Of a DNA stretch of 64,000 nt, positions 38,708 through 48,941 are shown in pieces. The stretch's first letter is position 1. Each line of letters starts with the position of its first letter. Position numbers and translations under genes: made by a program. This DNA is from a virus (lineage: Duplodnaviria > Caudoviricetes). A model generated the notes under the pieces. It saw only the letters and a program-made list of their open reading frames with translations, made no database searches and was not told the origin of the DNA. The stretch covers positions 64,001 to 128,000 of IMG/VR virus record IMGVR_UViG_2788499951_000002; one strand, written 5' to 3'.

Positions 38708-39430
38708 ATGAACATCAAACGACTACAGGGCATCCTGTCCACACTGGATGCTGTCGGGATCGGATCTCTGATCTTCGCCCCAGAGGGGGACGGGTGCCGC
38801 ATCCGTGGCATCGACAAGGATCATCAGGTTCTGATCTTCCACTATCTGGATGAACCTCTCGTCGAGAAACCGATGGCTATCCAGACTGTCAAAGGTCTGC
38901 TGACTCGTCTGAATCTCTTCGATATCGACAAGGCGTCTGTCAATATCGAGTATAATGACAAGATGGCCACCTCGCTGCAGATCAAGATGGGCCGCAAGAA
39001 AGCGGGATTCACATTCGTCCGTCCGGAGTCACTGCCGGTCCCTCAGGTGATCCCGATGTCGGAAGAGACGATTGATCCGATTCTTCTCTCCGAGGAGTAC
39101 GTAGAGCACCTGTCGTCTGTCATCTCTGCCATGGCATATACGGGTGACAAGAAGGAACGTTACCTCAGTATCGAGGTCAACGATGATCGAGAATGCACTC
39201 TGAGTGTGTTTGACGGTGAGGATGATTCCTATGTGGATGAGATCCTCAATGCGGGGTCTCATGAACCGATTCGTTGCAGCTGGGATGTCCCAGCCTTCAA
39301 TCTGGTCATGAAGAACTCCATGAAGATGGATGAAGAGAAGATCGCCCGACTGACTATCTCTGAGTATGGAGTGGCCACTTTCTCTCTGGGTGACATGGTC
39401 GCGATGGTCTCACCTCTCTCAACATCGTAA
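38708..39430 (+). CDS. probable sliding clamp (gp45-like)
   Basis: ~240 aa acidic two-repeat alpha/beta pattern next to SSB; clamp loader present in the window. Confidence 0.5.
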   Translation: MNIKRLQGILSTLDAVGIGSLIFAPEGDGCRIRGIDKDHQVLIFHYLDEPLVEKPMAIQTVKGLLTRLNLFDIDKASVNIEYNDKMATSLQIKMGRKKAGFTFVRPESLPVPQVIPMSEETIDPILLSEEYVEHLSSVISAMAYTGDKKERYLSIEVNDDRECTLSVFDGEDDSYVDEILNAGSHEPIRCSWDVPAFNLVMKNSMKMDEEKIARLTISEYGVATFSLGDMVAMVSPLSTS

Positions 39431-39553
39431 GAAACTTTCGAAAGAAAGTGTTGTAAATAGGCCACCATCATTGTAGAATGCTCTGGTGGTCAACGAAGCA
39501 AAAACCACACTGAAATCAGTAACTACCAATCGAAACTCGAGGATTAAACGATT

Positions 39554-40597
39554 ATGAACAAACTGGCTGCCATGCGTAACAACGTGAAGAAGAACCTGCG
39601 CGAAGACATCGAAGCTGCAAACAAGAAAGGCAAGCGCAAGGATCCGAACGCTCTGAACTACTACGATCTGAAGGACGGTGAGAAAATGACCGTGCTGTTC
39701 GTAGCCTCTGAGCAAACCGGTGATATCTGGTTCCGTCACGGTCTTCATGGTAAGGGTCTGCGCGGTATTGATCGCGTTCGCTGCCCGCGTATCGAGTCAG
39801 GCGGTACCGACAACTGCCCGATCTGTGAATACGGCTTCGCTCTGAATGCGGAGTACAAGGAAGGTGGCTCCAAGGATCCGGTCCTGCGTGAGCGTTATCG
39901 TACCTTCCTCGGTAAGGACCAGACTGCGATGCAGTGTGTGGTCATGGAATCCCCGATGGAGATCAGCCAGTCTCCGGACGGCAATCAGGTGAAGATGTTC
40001 ATCGCCCCCAAGGGTATTGTTGATCAGATCACCAACCAGATCGTCGAGGGTCAGCTGGATGAGGATGACATCGTCACCACTCCCTTCACCATCAAGAAGA
40101 CCAACAACGGCGGCGGTTTCCCGAAGTATGACGACAGCTTCTTCGCCCGCAAGCCCATCGCCGATGCTGATCTGGAAGCGTTCGACGACAAAGTCATCGA
40201 GACTTGGGACTTCCGTGCTGAAGGCACTCCGGAGATCCCGAAGCAGCTGGACGAAGAAGGTCTGAAGGAATGGTTGGAAAAGGCGATTCGTATCTATGAC
40301 GAATCTCTGGCCGCAGATGCACAGAAAGGCGGCAACGGTGGTGGTAACGGTGGTGGTCAGTCCGCCCCCGACACCAATAACCTGAAGTCCAAGGTCGGTG
40401 GTGGTCTGGCAGCTCGCAAGGCCGCGATGGACAACAACGCCAAGACCCAAGTCGCTGATAACCAGAAGCCTGATCTGGATCACTCTCTGGACGATCAGGT
40501 TCCTGACTTCAGCAAGGAAGAGGCCAAAGAGGAGCCGAAGAAAGAGGAATCCGGTTCCGGTGGCATCCGTTCCCGCCTCAGCTCCCTCCGTCGTTAA
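39554..40597 (+). CDS. single-stranded DNA binding protein (gp32-like)
   Basis: H..C..CPICE, YDDSFF, low-complexity charged tail. Confidence 0.8.
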   Translation: MNKLAAMRNNVKKNLREDIEAANKKGKRKDPNALNYYDLKDGEKMTVLFVASEQTGDIWFRHGLHGKGLRGIDRVRCPRIESGGTDNCPICEYGFALNAEYKEGGSKDPVLRERYRTFLGKDQTAMQCVVMESPMEISQSPDGNQVKMFIAPKGIVDQITNQIVEGQLDEDDIVTTPFTIKKTNNGGGFPKYDDSFFARKPIADADLEAFDDKVIETWDFRAEGTPEIPKQLDEEGLKEWLEKAIRIYDESLAADAQKGGNGGGNGGGQSAPDTNNLKSKVGGGLAARKAAMDNNAKTQVADNQKPDLDHSLDDQVPDFSKEEAKEEPKKEESGSGGIRSRLSSLRR

Positions 40598-40664
40598 TCT
40601 CTGATATAGTTCAGAACAAGGGCCACTGCAATGGTGGCCCTTCCCACATAAAAAAGGAACCAAC

Positions 40665-41225
40665 ATGAACCAACAGACCACCCCAACAACTCGTGAGAGC
40701 GAGTTCACTACCTTCCGACATTATCGGTCCCCTCGGGCTGATATCGCATCACTGACAGTCTGCGTTCGACGCTTTGGTGAGAACCCCACTCACATGTCAG
40801 TCTCATGGTCCATCTGCTCACCGAAGGATCAGTTCTCTCGCAAGGTCGGTCGTGAACTTGCGTTGGATCGAATGAGCAAGGGTCAGTGCGTCATCCACAA
40901 GATCAATCCGAAACGGTCGATGGCACTCAACACCATCGATGCTCTTTACGACGGGGAGGTGTCAATTGTCGTCCGGAGTCAGAGTGCAGGTGTCGCCCAA
41001 GCCATGCAAGGTGTCCACACCCTGCTGGTCGAGGGGTTCCGTGAGCAGGCTATTCAGGCTCTGGAAAACGTGGCATTCATTGAAGCAGCCCTCCACCATG
41101 AAGATGGTGAACCCGTTCCATCTGGCTCGGATGCTTCGATTCTGGATAATGTTCTCGCTCGCGTGGTGGCAAATGAACTATCCCACCGAGGGATCGAAGC
41201 GGCCAAGCTGATTGGTGCAGTCTGA
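40665..41225 (+). CDS. hypothetical protein
   Basis: 186 aa; CSPKDQFSRKVGRELAL motif of small phage proteins. Confidence 0.7.
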   Translation: MNQQTTPTTRESEFTTFRHYRSPRADIASLTVCVRRFGENPTHMSVSWSICSPKDQFSRKVGRELALDRMSKGQCVIHKINPKRSMALNTIDALYDGEVSIVVRSQSAGVAQAMQGVHTLLVEGFREQAIQALENVAFIEAALHHEDGEPVPSGSDASILDNVLARVVANELSHRGIEAAKLIGAV

Positions 41226-41315
41226 TCCACATTGTGTGATAAATAAGCCTCTTCTCCGGAAGGGGCTTTCTTGTGTCTGAACTCCCATAAATAAATCAAA
41301 TGGGAGAACCATATC

Positions 41316-41762
41316 ATGGCCAGAAAATACCAACAGGGGATATACGAACCCGTCAATAAAGAGAAGTACACCGGCACCAAGAATCCGACATATCGATCCA
41401 GTTATGAGTTGGAAGTCTTCAAATTCTTTGATCGTAGTCCATATGTGATCAAGTGGAGTTCGGAGTTGGTGGTGGTACCTTATTTCGATCCAGTCAAACA
41501 AAAGAAGCGCAGATATATCACTGATGTGTATGTGGAGTATCGAGACAAACAAGGCAACAAACACATTGAGTTGATTGAGATCAAACCATCATCACAGTGT
41601 AAGCCACCTGTTAAAGGGAAGAGGCAGTCGAAACATACCTATGAGGAAGCAATGTTGACATATATGACCAACACTGCAAAATGGGAACACGCTGCCGAAT
41701 ATGCACGACAGCGTGGGTGGAAGTTCCGTATACTAACGGAGAATCAAATTTTCAGAGGATGA
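41316..41762 (+). CDS. head completion nuclease (T4 gp4-like)
   Basis: QG.Y.P.N.EKY.G, YRSSYE, WSSE, RY..D, EIKP, N.AKW, GWKF.ILTE; CATAAATA upstream. Confidence 0.88.
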   Translation: MARKYQQGIYEPVNKEKYTGTKNPTYRSSYELEVFKFFDRSPYVIKWSSELVVVPYFDPVKQKKRRYITDVYVEYRDKQGNKHIELIEIKPSSQCKPPVKGKRQSKHTYEEAMLTYMTNTAKWEHAAEYARQRGWKFRILTENQIFRG

Positions 41763-42317
41763 TCACTGAAGTGAAATGAAGTCATCGATAATGAAGTAAT
41801 CAACATTCTCGAATGTCAATGAGGCTGTGATAGTTGATTCCATATCATCACCAACATCCAGCTCGGAGAATGACAGTTCGGTAATCACACAGTTGACCAA
41901 CATGTAACTATCGGTGACTTCCCTCTGAGAATTGAATCGATCAATCCTCACCGAGAACATGTACTCAGAATCATACCCATCGATCTCACTCTGGGACATG
42001 TCTACCTTCTTCAACTGGCGGAAGATCTGCGTATGTAGCAGTCGTGAAGTCAGTCCCTCCGAATCATCCTTGAACGTCATCGTGATGGGCGCAAAGCGGG
42101 CCTGTGCGGTTGACTGATATCTGGCTCCTCTCTTGCTCACGTCGGTCGTCTCAAACGTCACAGTGGGCCTCTCTGTTCGAATGAGCTGCTTCGCCAAGAA
42201 GTTACTGACGTTATCAGGGAACCTCAGGAACGTCGCATAGAACTCATCAGACTGACGAGTCGTGTTTGCTCGATTGAGCATGACTGCCGTGGTGAGTGGT
42301 TTAATCGGGGATGTCAT
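41763..42317 (-). CDS. tail tube-like / baseplate tube initiator protein
   Basis: RPTVTF, PITMTFKDD, C.I.ELSFSELD, ITASLTFE (gp19/gp54 pattern). Confidence 0.65.
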   Translation of the reverse strand: MTSPIKPLTTAVMLNRANTTRQSDEFYATFLRFPDNVSNFLAKQLIRTERPTVTFETTDVSKRGARYQSTAQARFAPITMTFKDDSEGLTSRLLHTQIFRQLKKVDMSQSEIDGYDSEYMFSVRIDRFNSQREVTDSYMLVNCVITELSFSELDVGDDMESTITASLTFENVDYFIIDDFISLQ

Positions 42318-43032
42318 CGAAGTTCGCTCCTTCTGGGATGATGATTTCTTCTAACATGTCAAGTGATTCTGTGCTGTCATCGAAGATCCTCATTCGGATC
42401 CTTTCAATTATACCGGAAGAGAGATCAACCGGATAACTGAGACGAACGGGGAGTGAGAAGTTCAATGTCTGTTCAACAACTCTTTGATCCGTCCCAAGGG
42501 GATATGACACTTCATTGTTGATTCCCTCCAGTGTGATATCCGAGATGTAATCCTGATTGAATACGCTGTTATCAGTCTGGATTGATACTCGGGGATTGAA
42601 CACCAGTAGGATTTGCTCAAGGATTGAAAACAACTCGGTGTTTGAGCTGGCATATATGGACACTGAGACATTCATGATGAATGCCGGACCCATCGCTCTG
42701 CTATATGAGGCATGTGTTCCATCTGCTGTCTTATATGACACTTCGTCCACGTGATAGACATTCCGCTTCGCCTCCTGATCAATCTCAAGTGAATCGAGAT
42801 TGAATGCCATCATCGGAACTCTTCGGTTACTCAGGAAGTCTCTGTCGTTCAGTAGTTGTGCCACTACACGAGACATGCTACCGTATACCACGGGGACTCT
42901 GCGGGTCTTGACCGTTTCATCGCCATCCCGCTTCACTCCATCCCTCACCTGAAATCCCGAAAGGACTCTGGCGAACTGGGACAGGAATCGTTCGAACTGT
43001 GCACCATAGCGGTACGGATATAGGTTGCTCAT
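42301..43032 (-). CDS. tail terminator / sheath stabiliser (gp15-like)
   Basis: Q..RF..QF, VPVVYG, PMMAF, LEQILLVFNP, TLNF. Confidence 0.75.
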   Translation of the reverse strand: MSNLYPYRYGAQFERFLSQFARVLSGFQVRDGVKRDGDETVKTRRVPVVYGSMSRVVAQLLNDRDFLSNRRVPMMAFNLDSLEIDQEAKRNVYHVDEVSYKTADGTHASYSRAMGPAFIMNVSVSIYASSNTELFSILEQILLVFNPRVSIQTDNSVFNQDYISDITLEGINNEVSYPLGTDQRVVEQTLNFSLPVRLSYPVDLSSGIIERIRMRIFDDSTESLDMLEEIIIPEGANFDDIPD

Positions 43033-43101
43033 TGATTGAATCCTCTCTGTTTGTTCACTATTTACCTCGGGCACTAAATACAGTCAAACCAAGGAGCCAT
43101 C

Positions 43102-43845
43102 ATGAAATCATTCGAAGACCTCATCGAGGAGGCAAGATCATTCGGTATGTCTTCTCATCTGGACGTCACCGAACTCCGCATCATGTACTATGGGCGTCTG
43201 GATATGTATGTCGCCTTCACTGATGACGGAGAACTCTCATTCTCCCCTGATGACGGAGAACTGGATCGCCCCGATGGTCTGATCGCATACGATGTCAGAG
43301 ATGTTGTGGGGAAGAAAGTCAGATCTGGCATGTTCTATGCCAACGTTGTCCGACTGTCACCGAACGCAGGAAAGCAGGTCAAGGACGTCAAGCATTACTC
43401 CAGCGATGACCTGAGGAGAGACATTGGGGAGATCCGAAAGATCGACACCATCGAGCCTGAGATGGTTGACATGATCATCGAATCCATCATGTCGGACTCT
43501 TCCATGACATCTCCCTTTGCCATCTTCTGGCGTATCACCGAGTATCTGGCCAAGCTGGTAAGTCTACCGGCCTACAGTTCTGTCTGGGCATCGATCCTGT
43601 CTGACCTTGGCTATGCCTCATTCTCTGATCCATCTCGGACAGGGATGATCAACGGGAAGAAGGTACCTGTCACCCTCTATATCCAGCAGGACGACATCGA
43701 ACCGGTTGATATTCTCCCTATCCAAGGAGAAAGATCAGATCCAAGAAAGCGAATCAGAGACAAGGTAGAGCGAGACAGGCGACTGATGAGAAACGCCAGA
43801 AACAGGATCGCAAAGAAGATCCCGTTAATCCGTAGGAGCCTATAA
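43102..43845 (+). CDS. hypothetical, probably virion protein
   Basis: MKSFEDLIEEA start typical of T4-like head-associated proteins; CTAAATA upstream. Confidence 0.65.
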   Translation: MKSFEDLIEEARSFGMSSHLDVTELRIMYYGRLDMYVAFTDDGELSFSPDDGELDRPDGLIAYDVRDVVGKKVRSGMFYANVVRLSPNAGKQVKDVKHYSSDDLRRDIGEIRKIDTIEPEMVDMIIESIMSDSSMTSPFAIFWRITEYLAKLVSLPAYSSVWASILSDLGYASFSDPSRTGMINGKKVPVTLYIQQDDIEPVDILPIQGERSDPRKRIRDKVERDRRLMRNARNRIAKKIPLIRRSL

Positions 43846-44558
43846 TGAAGCAGAGAAACAAGATTGGATTGTACGGGCCGAAGACTCGTTCATTCCAGAG
43901 GAAGGTCACCAAGGAGATGTTTGGATTGTCATTCAAGACTGCCAACGTCTATGCATATCTGGGTGACCGCAGTAACGAGAACCCTGACATCGATGACATC
44001 GGGTCCACCGTGTTCTATGAAGTCCCTGACCGTGCATACGCAGACACACCCGTCAATATCAACATCGGGATGGATTCTCTCCCAGAGAGTGCACTTGACT
44101 TCTCGAGGTTCGGTCTGATCAATCCGATGCAGGGAGAACAGACATTCCGTGTCCACATGGATGACTTCAAATGCCTCGGGAGAGACATGGTGGTTGGGGA
44201 TGTCTTCGAGATTCCTTTCTTTGAGCGAGACTGCAAGAAATCATTCTGGGAAGTGACAGACGTCGATGACAAACCTTCATACGAGAAGTTTTACTTTGTC
44301 ATCCATGCTGTTCCCCTCGGTGATGCACGCACAACTCGTGAGATCCCGATCAACCGTTCCAACAGTGACACACTGAGTGACATCATGGTCATGGCAGACG
44401 AAGATCAGGAAGCAGCAGTGCCTTTCGCAGGACTGGATGAATCCATCATCGATGATGAGTTTGTTCCCCCTGAGGAGCCTGTTGACTCCCGCAACGAATG
44501 GCAGTCCTCTTTCTTGGACAATCCTGATATGCCCTTCACTTTCGACAAAGAGGACTAA
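43845..44558 (+). CDS. neck / head closure protein (gp14-like)
   Basis: FYE.PDRAY, DFSRFGL, LGR...GDVFEIP; adjacent to gp13-like gene. Confidence 0.65.
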   Translation: MKQRNKIGLYGPKTRSFQRKVTKEMFGLSFKTANVYAYLGDRSNENPDIDDIGSTVFYEVPDRAYADTPVNINIGMDSLPESALDFSRFGLINPMQGEQTFRVHMDDFKCLGRDMVVGDVFEIPFFERDCKKSFWEVTDVDDKPSYEKFYFVIHAVPLGDARTTREIPINRSNSDTLSDIMVMADEDQEAAVPFAGLDESIIDDEFVPPEEPVDSRNEWQSSFLDNPDMPFTFDKED

Positions 44559-44561
44559 CCA

Positions 44562-45290
44562 ATGCAATTCGAGCAATTCAAAGAAGAAATCGTCACCATG
44601 CTGGGTGACAACATGGTGGAGGTCGAGCTGTCAGACAATGACATTCATCTTGCCTTCCAGAGAGCAAAACGAACCTACAAGCAGAAGGGTCCGGACAACA
44701 GCAGAAAGGTGTTTTACTGTCTCTCTGCCAGCAAGGAGACCACGACGTTCATGATCCCTCGGGAGATTGACACGATTATCAAGATCATCCGTCCATCCAT
44801 CAACACATTCGGTCTGGGCGGGTATGGATTCAATGATGGACTCGGTGAGCGATACGGCGCTGGGTTCTATGATCTGTTCGCAGACGGGGACATGTTGTCA
44901 TATGAACTCCTCCTCGGGAAGATGGAATCATGGCGCAGGCTGATGAACTTCGACGTCAGCTTCCAGCACGACAAACACCGGTCGACACTGAAGGTTAACC
45001 AGAAACCCTATGTGGACGAGAAGTGGTTCATCGAGTGCTATGCATCTCTGACGGATGATGAGTACCGCGAGATGATCTGGATCCAAGACTGGGCACTGGC
45101 AGAGGCCAAGATCATCCTTGGTACTGCATACCGGAAGTTCAGTGGCATCCCAGACCCCACAGGAAGCTCTGTGAGCCTCGGTGGTGACCAACTGATAGCT
45201 GAGGCCCAACAGGAGAAAGAACGCCTCCTAGAGGACATCCTGAACGGCGTGAGTGGTGATGTGGATTACTACGGTGTGTACATCGGCTGA
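44562..45290 (+). CDS. neck / head-tail adaptor (gp13-like)
   Basis: LG...VEVEL, WIQDWALAEAK..LG..Y.KFSG..P..V.LGG..L..EA..E. Confidence 0.85.
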   Translation: MQFEQFKEEIVTMLGDNMVEVELSDNDIHLAFQRAKRTYKQKGPDNSRKVFYCLSASKETTTFMIPREIDTIIKIIRPSINTFGLGGYGFNDGLGERYGAGFYDLFADGDMLSYELLLGKMESWRRLMNFDVSFQHDKHRSTLKVNQKPYVDEKWFIECYASLTDDEYREMIWIQDWALAEAKIILGTAYRKFSGIPDPTGSSVSLGGDQLIAEAQQEKERLLEDILNGVSGDVDYYGVYIG

Positions 45291-45308
45291 TAGTTCATCA
45301 GCACAAAG

Positions 45309-45335
45309 AAAGGGGAGCCATATGGCTCCCCTTTT
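45309..45335. terminator. bidirectional terminator between convergent gene blocks
   Basis: AAAGGGGAGCC-ATAT-GGCTCCCCTTTT. Confidence 0.85.
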
Positions 45336-45775
45336 CATTTCTCTTCCTCGGCAAACCGGTCAAGTTCACATGTCAATCGAAAGAACAGTGAGACATGAAC
45401 AACGGCTATCCCCCAGATCAACAATCCAATCTGAAGGTTGACCGCAAATGGACTCCCGAGTGCAAGGATTACCAAGATCATACCGATCCAGTTGGCATAG
45501 TACTGAACTGACGTCCAGAACAGGTGACGCTCGCTGGTATCGAAGGGCTGGTGATCCTCACTCACGACATAGGCCGCACCTATGTGATTGAGAGCCAAAG
45601 CAATCAGGCTGGAGAATCCAATGAAGAACAACACGTCATATATCAGGGGACTCTCGGTCAGGACCATGGCCACAACATCAAGGAAGGTGCCTGCAGTCAG
45701 GTAACTCCCCATATCCTCCCCATGGATCTTACGAGAGACCCCCTCAAGTGGTTTCAAGAGGGGGAAGGTGTTCAT
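45335..45775 (-). CDS. multi-pass membrane protein
   Basis: ~4 hydrophobic segments. Confidence 0.7.
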   Translation of the reverse strand: MNTFPLLKPLEGVSRKIHGEDMGSYLTAGTFLDVVAMVLTESPLIYDVLFFIGFSSLIALALNHIGAAYVVSEDHQPFDTSERHLFWTSVQYYANWIGMILVILALGSPFAVNLQIGLLIWGIAVVHVSLFFRLTCELDRFAEEEK

Positions 45776-46218
45776 AGGCGGAAGGTGTTTCCTTTGTGGG
45801 AACAAACAGAGTTGATGAGAGACCGTCCGATAACGGCTTCAGCCACCCCACCGACAAGTGAACTCAGGATAAACATGAATCCGATATCTGGGACGAACAT
45901 GCTTATGATACCGACTGCAACATTCAATGCTCCAATCGCGACCAGCACCATACCGATGATGATCCAGATGTCCCACTTCGATCCACCCTGCGGAACCTTG
46001 AGTGCTCTGGCGAATGCACCCGCCCCGTACTGACGCTCAAACACTGGGATGGCGAGGGCAGCAACACAGGCGAACACCATCCCGATCAACATGGGGATGG
46101 TGGATGCGTCAATCCCCATCATGATGACCATCGGGAGAAGGAGGACCATGGGCATGAACCCGATGATATGGGGCGGGATCAGAGGCATACGGCGGGCAAT
46201 ATTGTCAATGATAGACAT
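45772..46218 (-). CDS. multi-pass membrane protein
   Basis: MSIIDNIARR...; ~4 TM; AAGGA RBS. Confidence 0.7.
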   Translation of the reverse strand: MSIIDNIARRMPLIPPHIIGFMPMVLLLPMVIMMGIDASTIPMLIGMVFACVAALAIPVFERQYGAGAFARALKVPQGGSKWDIWIIIGMVLVAIGALNVAVGIISMFVPDIGFMFILSSLVGGVAEAVIGRSLINSVCSHKGNTFRL

Positions 46219-46219
46219 T

Positions 46220-46678
46220 TCAGTTTCCTTTTTTGAGAGTTTTGATTCGATTGCTGATTTTTGTCCATGCTTCAATGGCAGGGACGACATGAGAAGTATT
46301 CTTGATCGCGACCAGAAGGATAGCAACTGCGAACAACGCATTCCCACCTGTGGTCAGGATCCCTAGTGTGATCCATCCGAGCAGGAAAGTAAAGACCATG
46401 CTGATCATAACCTTTGCCGTCAAGATACGACGGAGTTCTGTCAGGGAATCAAGGTCGTTCCAGTTTCGCTCCATACCTGAAGTGACTTCCCGCTTGAATT
46501 CCGGCACGTCACGATGTGCATTGATCGCCTCGGCTAGAACGACAATGAGGAAGAGGAACAACGCGATGGGATGAGAACCCGCGAGAAGCCCCAACATGAC
46601 CCATCCCAGAAAGTACGGAAAGGGCTTTTCCTCTTCGAGTGAGTTGAGCCAGTCTAGTGCGCTTACTACAGTTTTCAT
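46220..46678 (-). CDS. multi-pass membrane protein
   Basis: ~4 TM; AAGGAG RBS. Confidence 0.7.
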   Translation of the reverse strand: MKTVVSALDWLNSLEEEKPFPYFLGWVMLGLLAGSHPIALFLFLIVVLAEAINAHRDVPEFKREVTSGMERNWNDLDSLTELRRILTAKVMISMVFTFLLGWITLGILTTGGNALFAVAILLVAIKNTSHVVPAIEAWTKISNRIKTLKKGN

Positions 46679-46694
46679 GCTATTCTCCTTTTGG

Positions 46695-47216
46695 TTATAA
46701 GTCGTCGATGGCGATTCGAAGTGTCAGTTCTTCCCATAAGCGCCGACGATCATCTTCACCGAAGAAGATGACGAGTGGGTCTCTGTCAGTCACACGCAGC
46801 TCCTTGATGATGTCACATCCGGTTTCAGGAAGAATCCCCATGTCCAAACAGAAAATAATCCTCTCGTTTTTCTCCCGTTCATACACCTCGATTACCACCA
46901 TTAGGCTCGGGATCGGGAGGTTCATCTCCAGCGTTGAGTCTATGAACACACAGATCGGTACGGCGTCTTCTAGGTGCCCCCAGAACACCTCCGCCCCATC
47001 CAGTATGTGCTCGGATATGATGTCCAATGTATCCGAACGCCCCTCCATTCCGGCGCGGTTCTTCCCCGCACTACTCACCCACGCATCGAGGCGACGAGTG
47101 AATGCATCTCTCACGGGTTGGGAGTCTCTGAAGCTCTTGTACGTCCCCCCAAACTTCTTACCCAACCAATCGTTGACTCCCATTTGGAGTGAATACTGCG
47201 GTGTGATAAGTTCCAT
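46695..47216 (-). CDS. C-terminal motif family, soluble (AIDDL*)
   Basis: Start MELITPQ after GAGG. Confidence 0.75.
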   Translation of the reverse strand: MELITPQYSLQMGVNDWLGKKFGGTYKSFRDSQPVRDAFTRRLDAWVSSAGKNRAGMEGRSDTLDIISEHILDGAEVFWGHLEDAVPICVFIDSTLEMNLPIPSLMVVIEVYEREKNERIIFCLDMGILPETGCDIIKELRVTDRDPLVIFFGEDDRRRLWEELTLRIAIDDL

Positions 47217-47223
47217 GGTGGCC

Positions 47224-47793
47224 TCACAGAGTGTCAAGTGCGATATGTTGAAGGAGGTTGTTGTGGATCTGTCGGGCATCATTCTCCCCGAGGAGAAACA
47301 GGATCCCAGACTCGAAGTCTTTCGTGGTGAACCGGTCAATGACACGCCTGACGTGTCCTATCGTATTGAATTCAACGTCGACAATGTTTTGACCGACACA
47401 GGTCATCTCTCCGGCACGGGTGATTCTGGGGTAGAGCAGGATCATATCAGGGGTGTCAAAGCGACCATGGCAGCTATCATGAAACGCGTCAATCACAATC
47501 GCATACGGGAGAACCTCATCATGGTGTGGGCTAGTCGGTGGATGGGATCCGATGTATGGGGTTTCATCGATAACAGCATCAAACACCTCGAACACCGAAC
47601 CAGTGACGTGTGGTGGGTTGATAGTCGTTTGAAACTCACTGTTCTCCCATTCGGAGAACATGTCGCTGATTTGGATGCGATGTGAATGTCGGGCGAACGT
47701 CTCATTATAGATGTCAGGTCGTTCTCTCACTGCTCTAGTCAGTGCGTCCGCAGTGAGTGGTTCCAAACACGGTGTCTCAAAGTAACGATTCAT
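47224..47793 (-). CDS. C-terminal motif family, soluble (ALDTL*)
   Basis: 189 aa, coupled. Confidence 0.75.
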   Translation of the reverse strand: MNRYFETPCLEPLTADALTRAVRERPDIYNETFARHSHRIQISDMFSEWENSEFQTTINPPHVTGSVFEVFDAVIDETPYIGSHPPTSPHHDEVLPYAIVIDAFHDSCHGRFDTPDMILLYPRITRAGEMTCVGQNIVDVEFNTIGHVRRVIDRFTTKDFESGILFLLGENDARQIHNNLLQHIALDTL

Positions 47794-48362
47794 AATTGCT
47801 CCAACGCGTGTTGTGTTTTGAGGTTGTCCATGAGTCTGACTCTATCATCATCTCCCAGCCAGATCAACATCGGGTTATCAACCGACCAACGCTCGATGTT
47901 GATCTGACTCAGTCGCTCCCTGTCTACCATGAACGACCTAGCTACGATCTGACCATCATTGGTCACCCCGAGGAGGACCGCGTCATGGCTGAGTTCAGAT
48001 ATTGACTCAGTGACATAAGGAGGGACTGCCATCCGGTCACTGATTATGAACATCGGGGCAAATTCACGCCCGTCACGAGTGACGACTGCATTATGAGTGT
48101 GCTCGGTGGTGAACTCGAGTAACTCTGGAACTCCGTCAGGCGCTGAGCGTTCCTTTCCGTTGGATTGCAACCATGGCATTGCATGGCGCTCGATCTGTTG
48201 CCGAACCACACTGTCATGGGAGACCCATGGGTATAGTCGATATGCACCCTGTATCGCGGTGACAATGGCGTCAATGAACATGTCAAACTTGACCTGATCA
48301 AATTCATCTTCCCCCATGAAGGGAATGCATGGTGATGACAGCATGTTATCGGTATTGAACAT
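47790..48362 (-). CDS. C-terminal motif family, soluble (ALEQL*)
   Basis: 190 aa. Confidence 0.75.
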   Translation of the reverse strand: MFNTDNMLSSPCIPFMGEDEFDQVKFDMFIDAIVTAIQGAYRLYPWVSHDSVVRQQIERHAMPWLQSNGKERSAPDGVPELLEFTTEHTHNAVVTRDGREFAPMFIISDRMAVPPYVTESISELSHDAVLLGVTNDGQIVARSFMVDRERLSQINIERWSVDNPMLIWLGDDDRVRLMDNLKTQHALEQL

Positions 48363-48371
48363 CTCAGACTC

Positions 48372-48941
48372 CTACAGTCGACTCAAGGCACGAATTTCAG
48401 CGAACATGTCATGAACCATATCAGATGTCTCTTCGTCTGTAAACAGAAAGAGAGCAATCCCGTCGTCACCAATGTCAATCTGCCCATTGATTAGCTTCTC
48501 GTGGAACTCCGAGTTGATGTGGACACTCTGTGACACCGCCACGTTAGCGAGCGCACAGTTTTCTGTGCCGTTCCCACGGAACGATGCGGTCAAGACACAC
48601 AGCTCCCAGTGCCCAACCCCCAGTGACTCCAGTTCGAACGAGCCAGCTGTACAGTCACAGAACACCCCGATGTTGCGGAAGGCGTTTTCGGGTGCAAGAT
48701 TGAGGTCATGACCCGACAGATGTGACCTCCATCCGCCCACAGGATCGGCAGCCATATTGATGAACTCTTCGAGGTCCATACCCTTCACAGTCGAAAATCC
48801 CCTGATGGGTCTGTCTTCGAACTGATACTTCAGAATCGGTGACATATACATGGCGACTGAGCTGGTCCAGTCGAGTGCCGACCATTGGCCTGCGATGACA
48901 GGAGAGGTATCGATGGCTCGTTGAACACTCGTATTAATCAT
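48372..48941 (-). CDS. C-terminal motif family, soluble (ALSRL*); paralog of 49568-50143
   Basis: FSTV.GM, RNIGVFCD, WE.CV, LFTD.E.SDMV. Confidence 0.8.
   Translation of the reverse strand: MINTSVQRAIDTSPVIAGQWSALDWTSSVAMYMSPILKYQFEDRPIRGFSTVKGMDLEEFINMAADPVGGWRSHLSGHDLNLAPENAFRNIGVFCDCTAGSFELESLGVGHWELCVLTASFRGNGTENCALANVAVSQSVHINSEFHEKLINGQIDIGDDGIALFLFTDEETSDMVHDMFAEIRALSRL

Noticed and set aside
39797-40708. Long antisense ORFs (also 46657-47685, 32182-32868, 7429-8076)
   Set aside because: Shadow frames opposite well-supported genes; no motifs or RBS.
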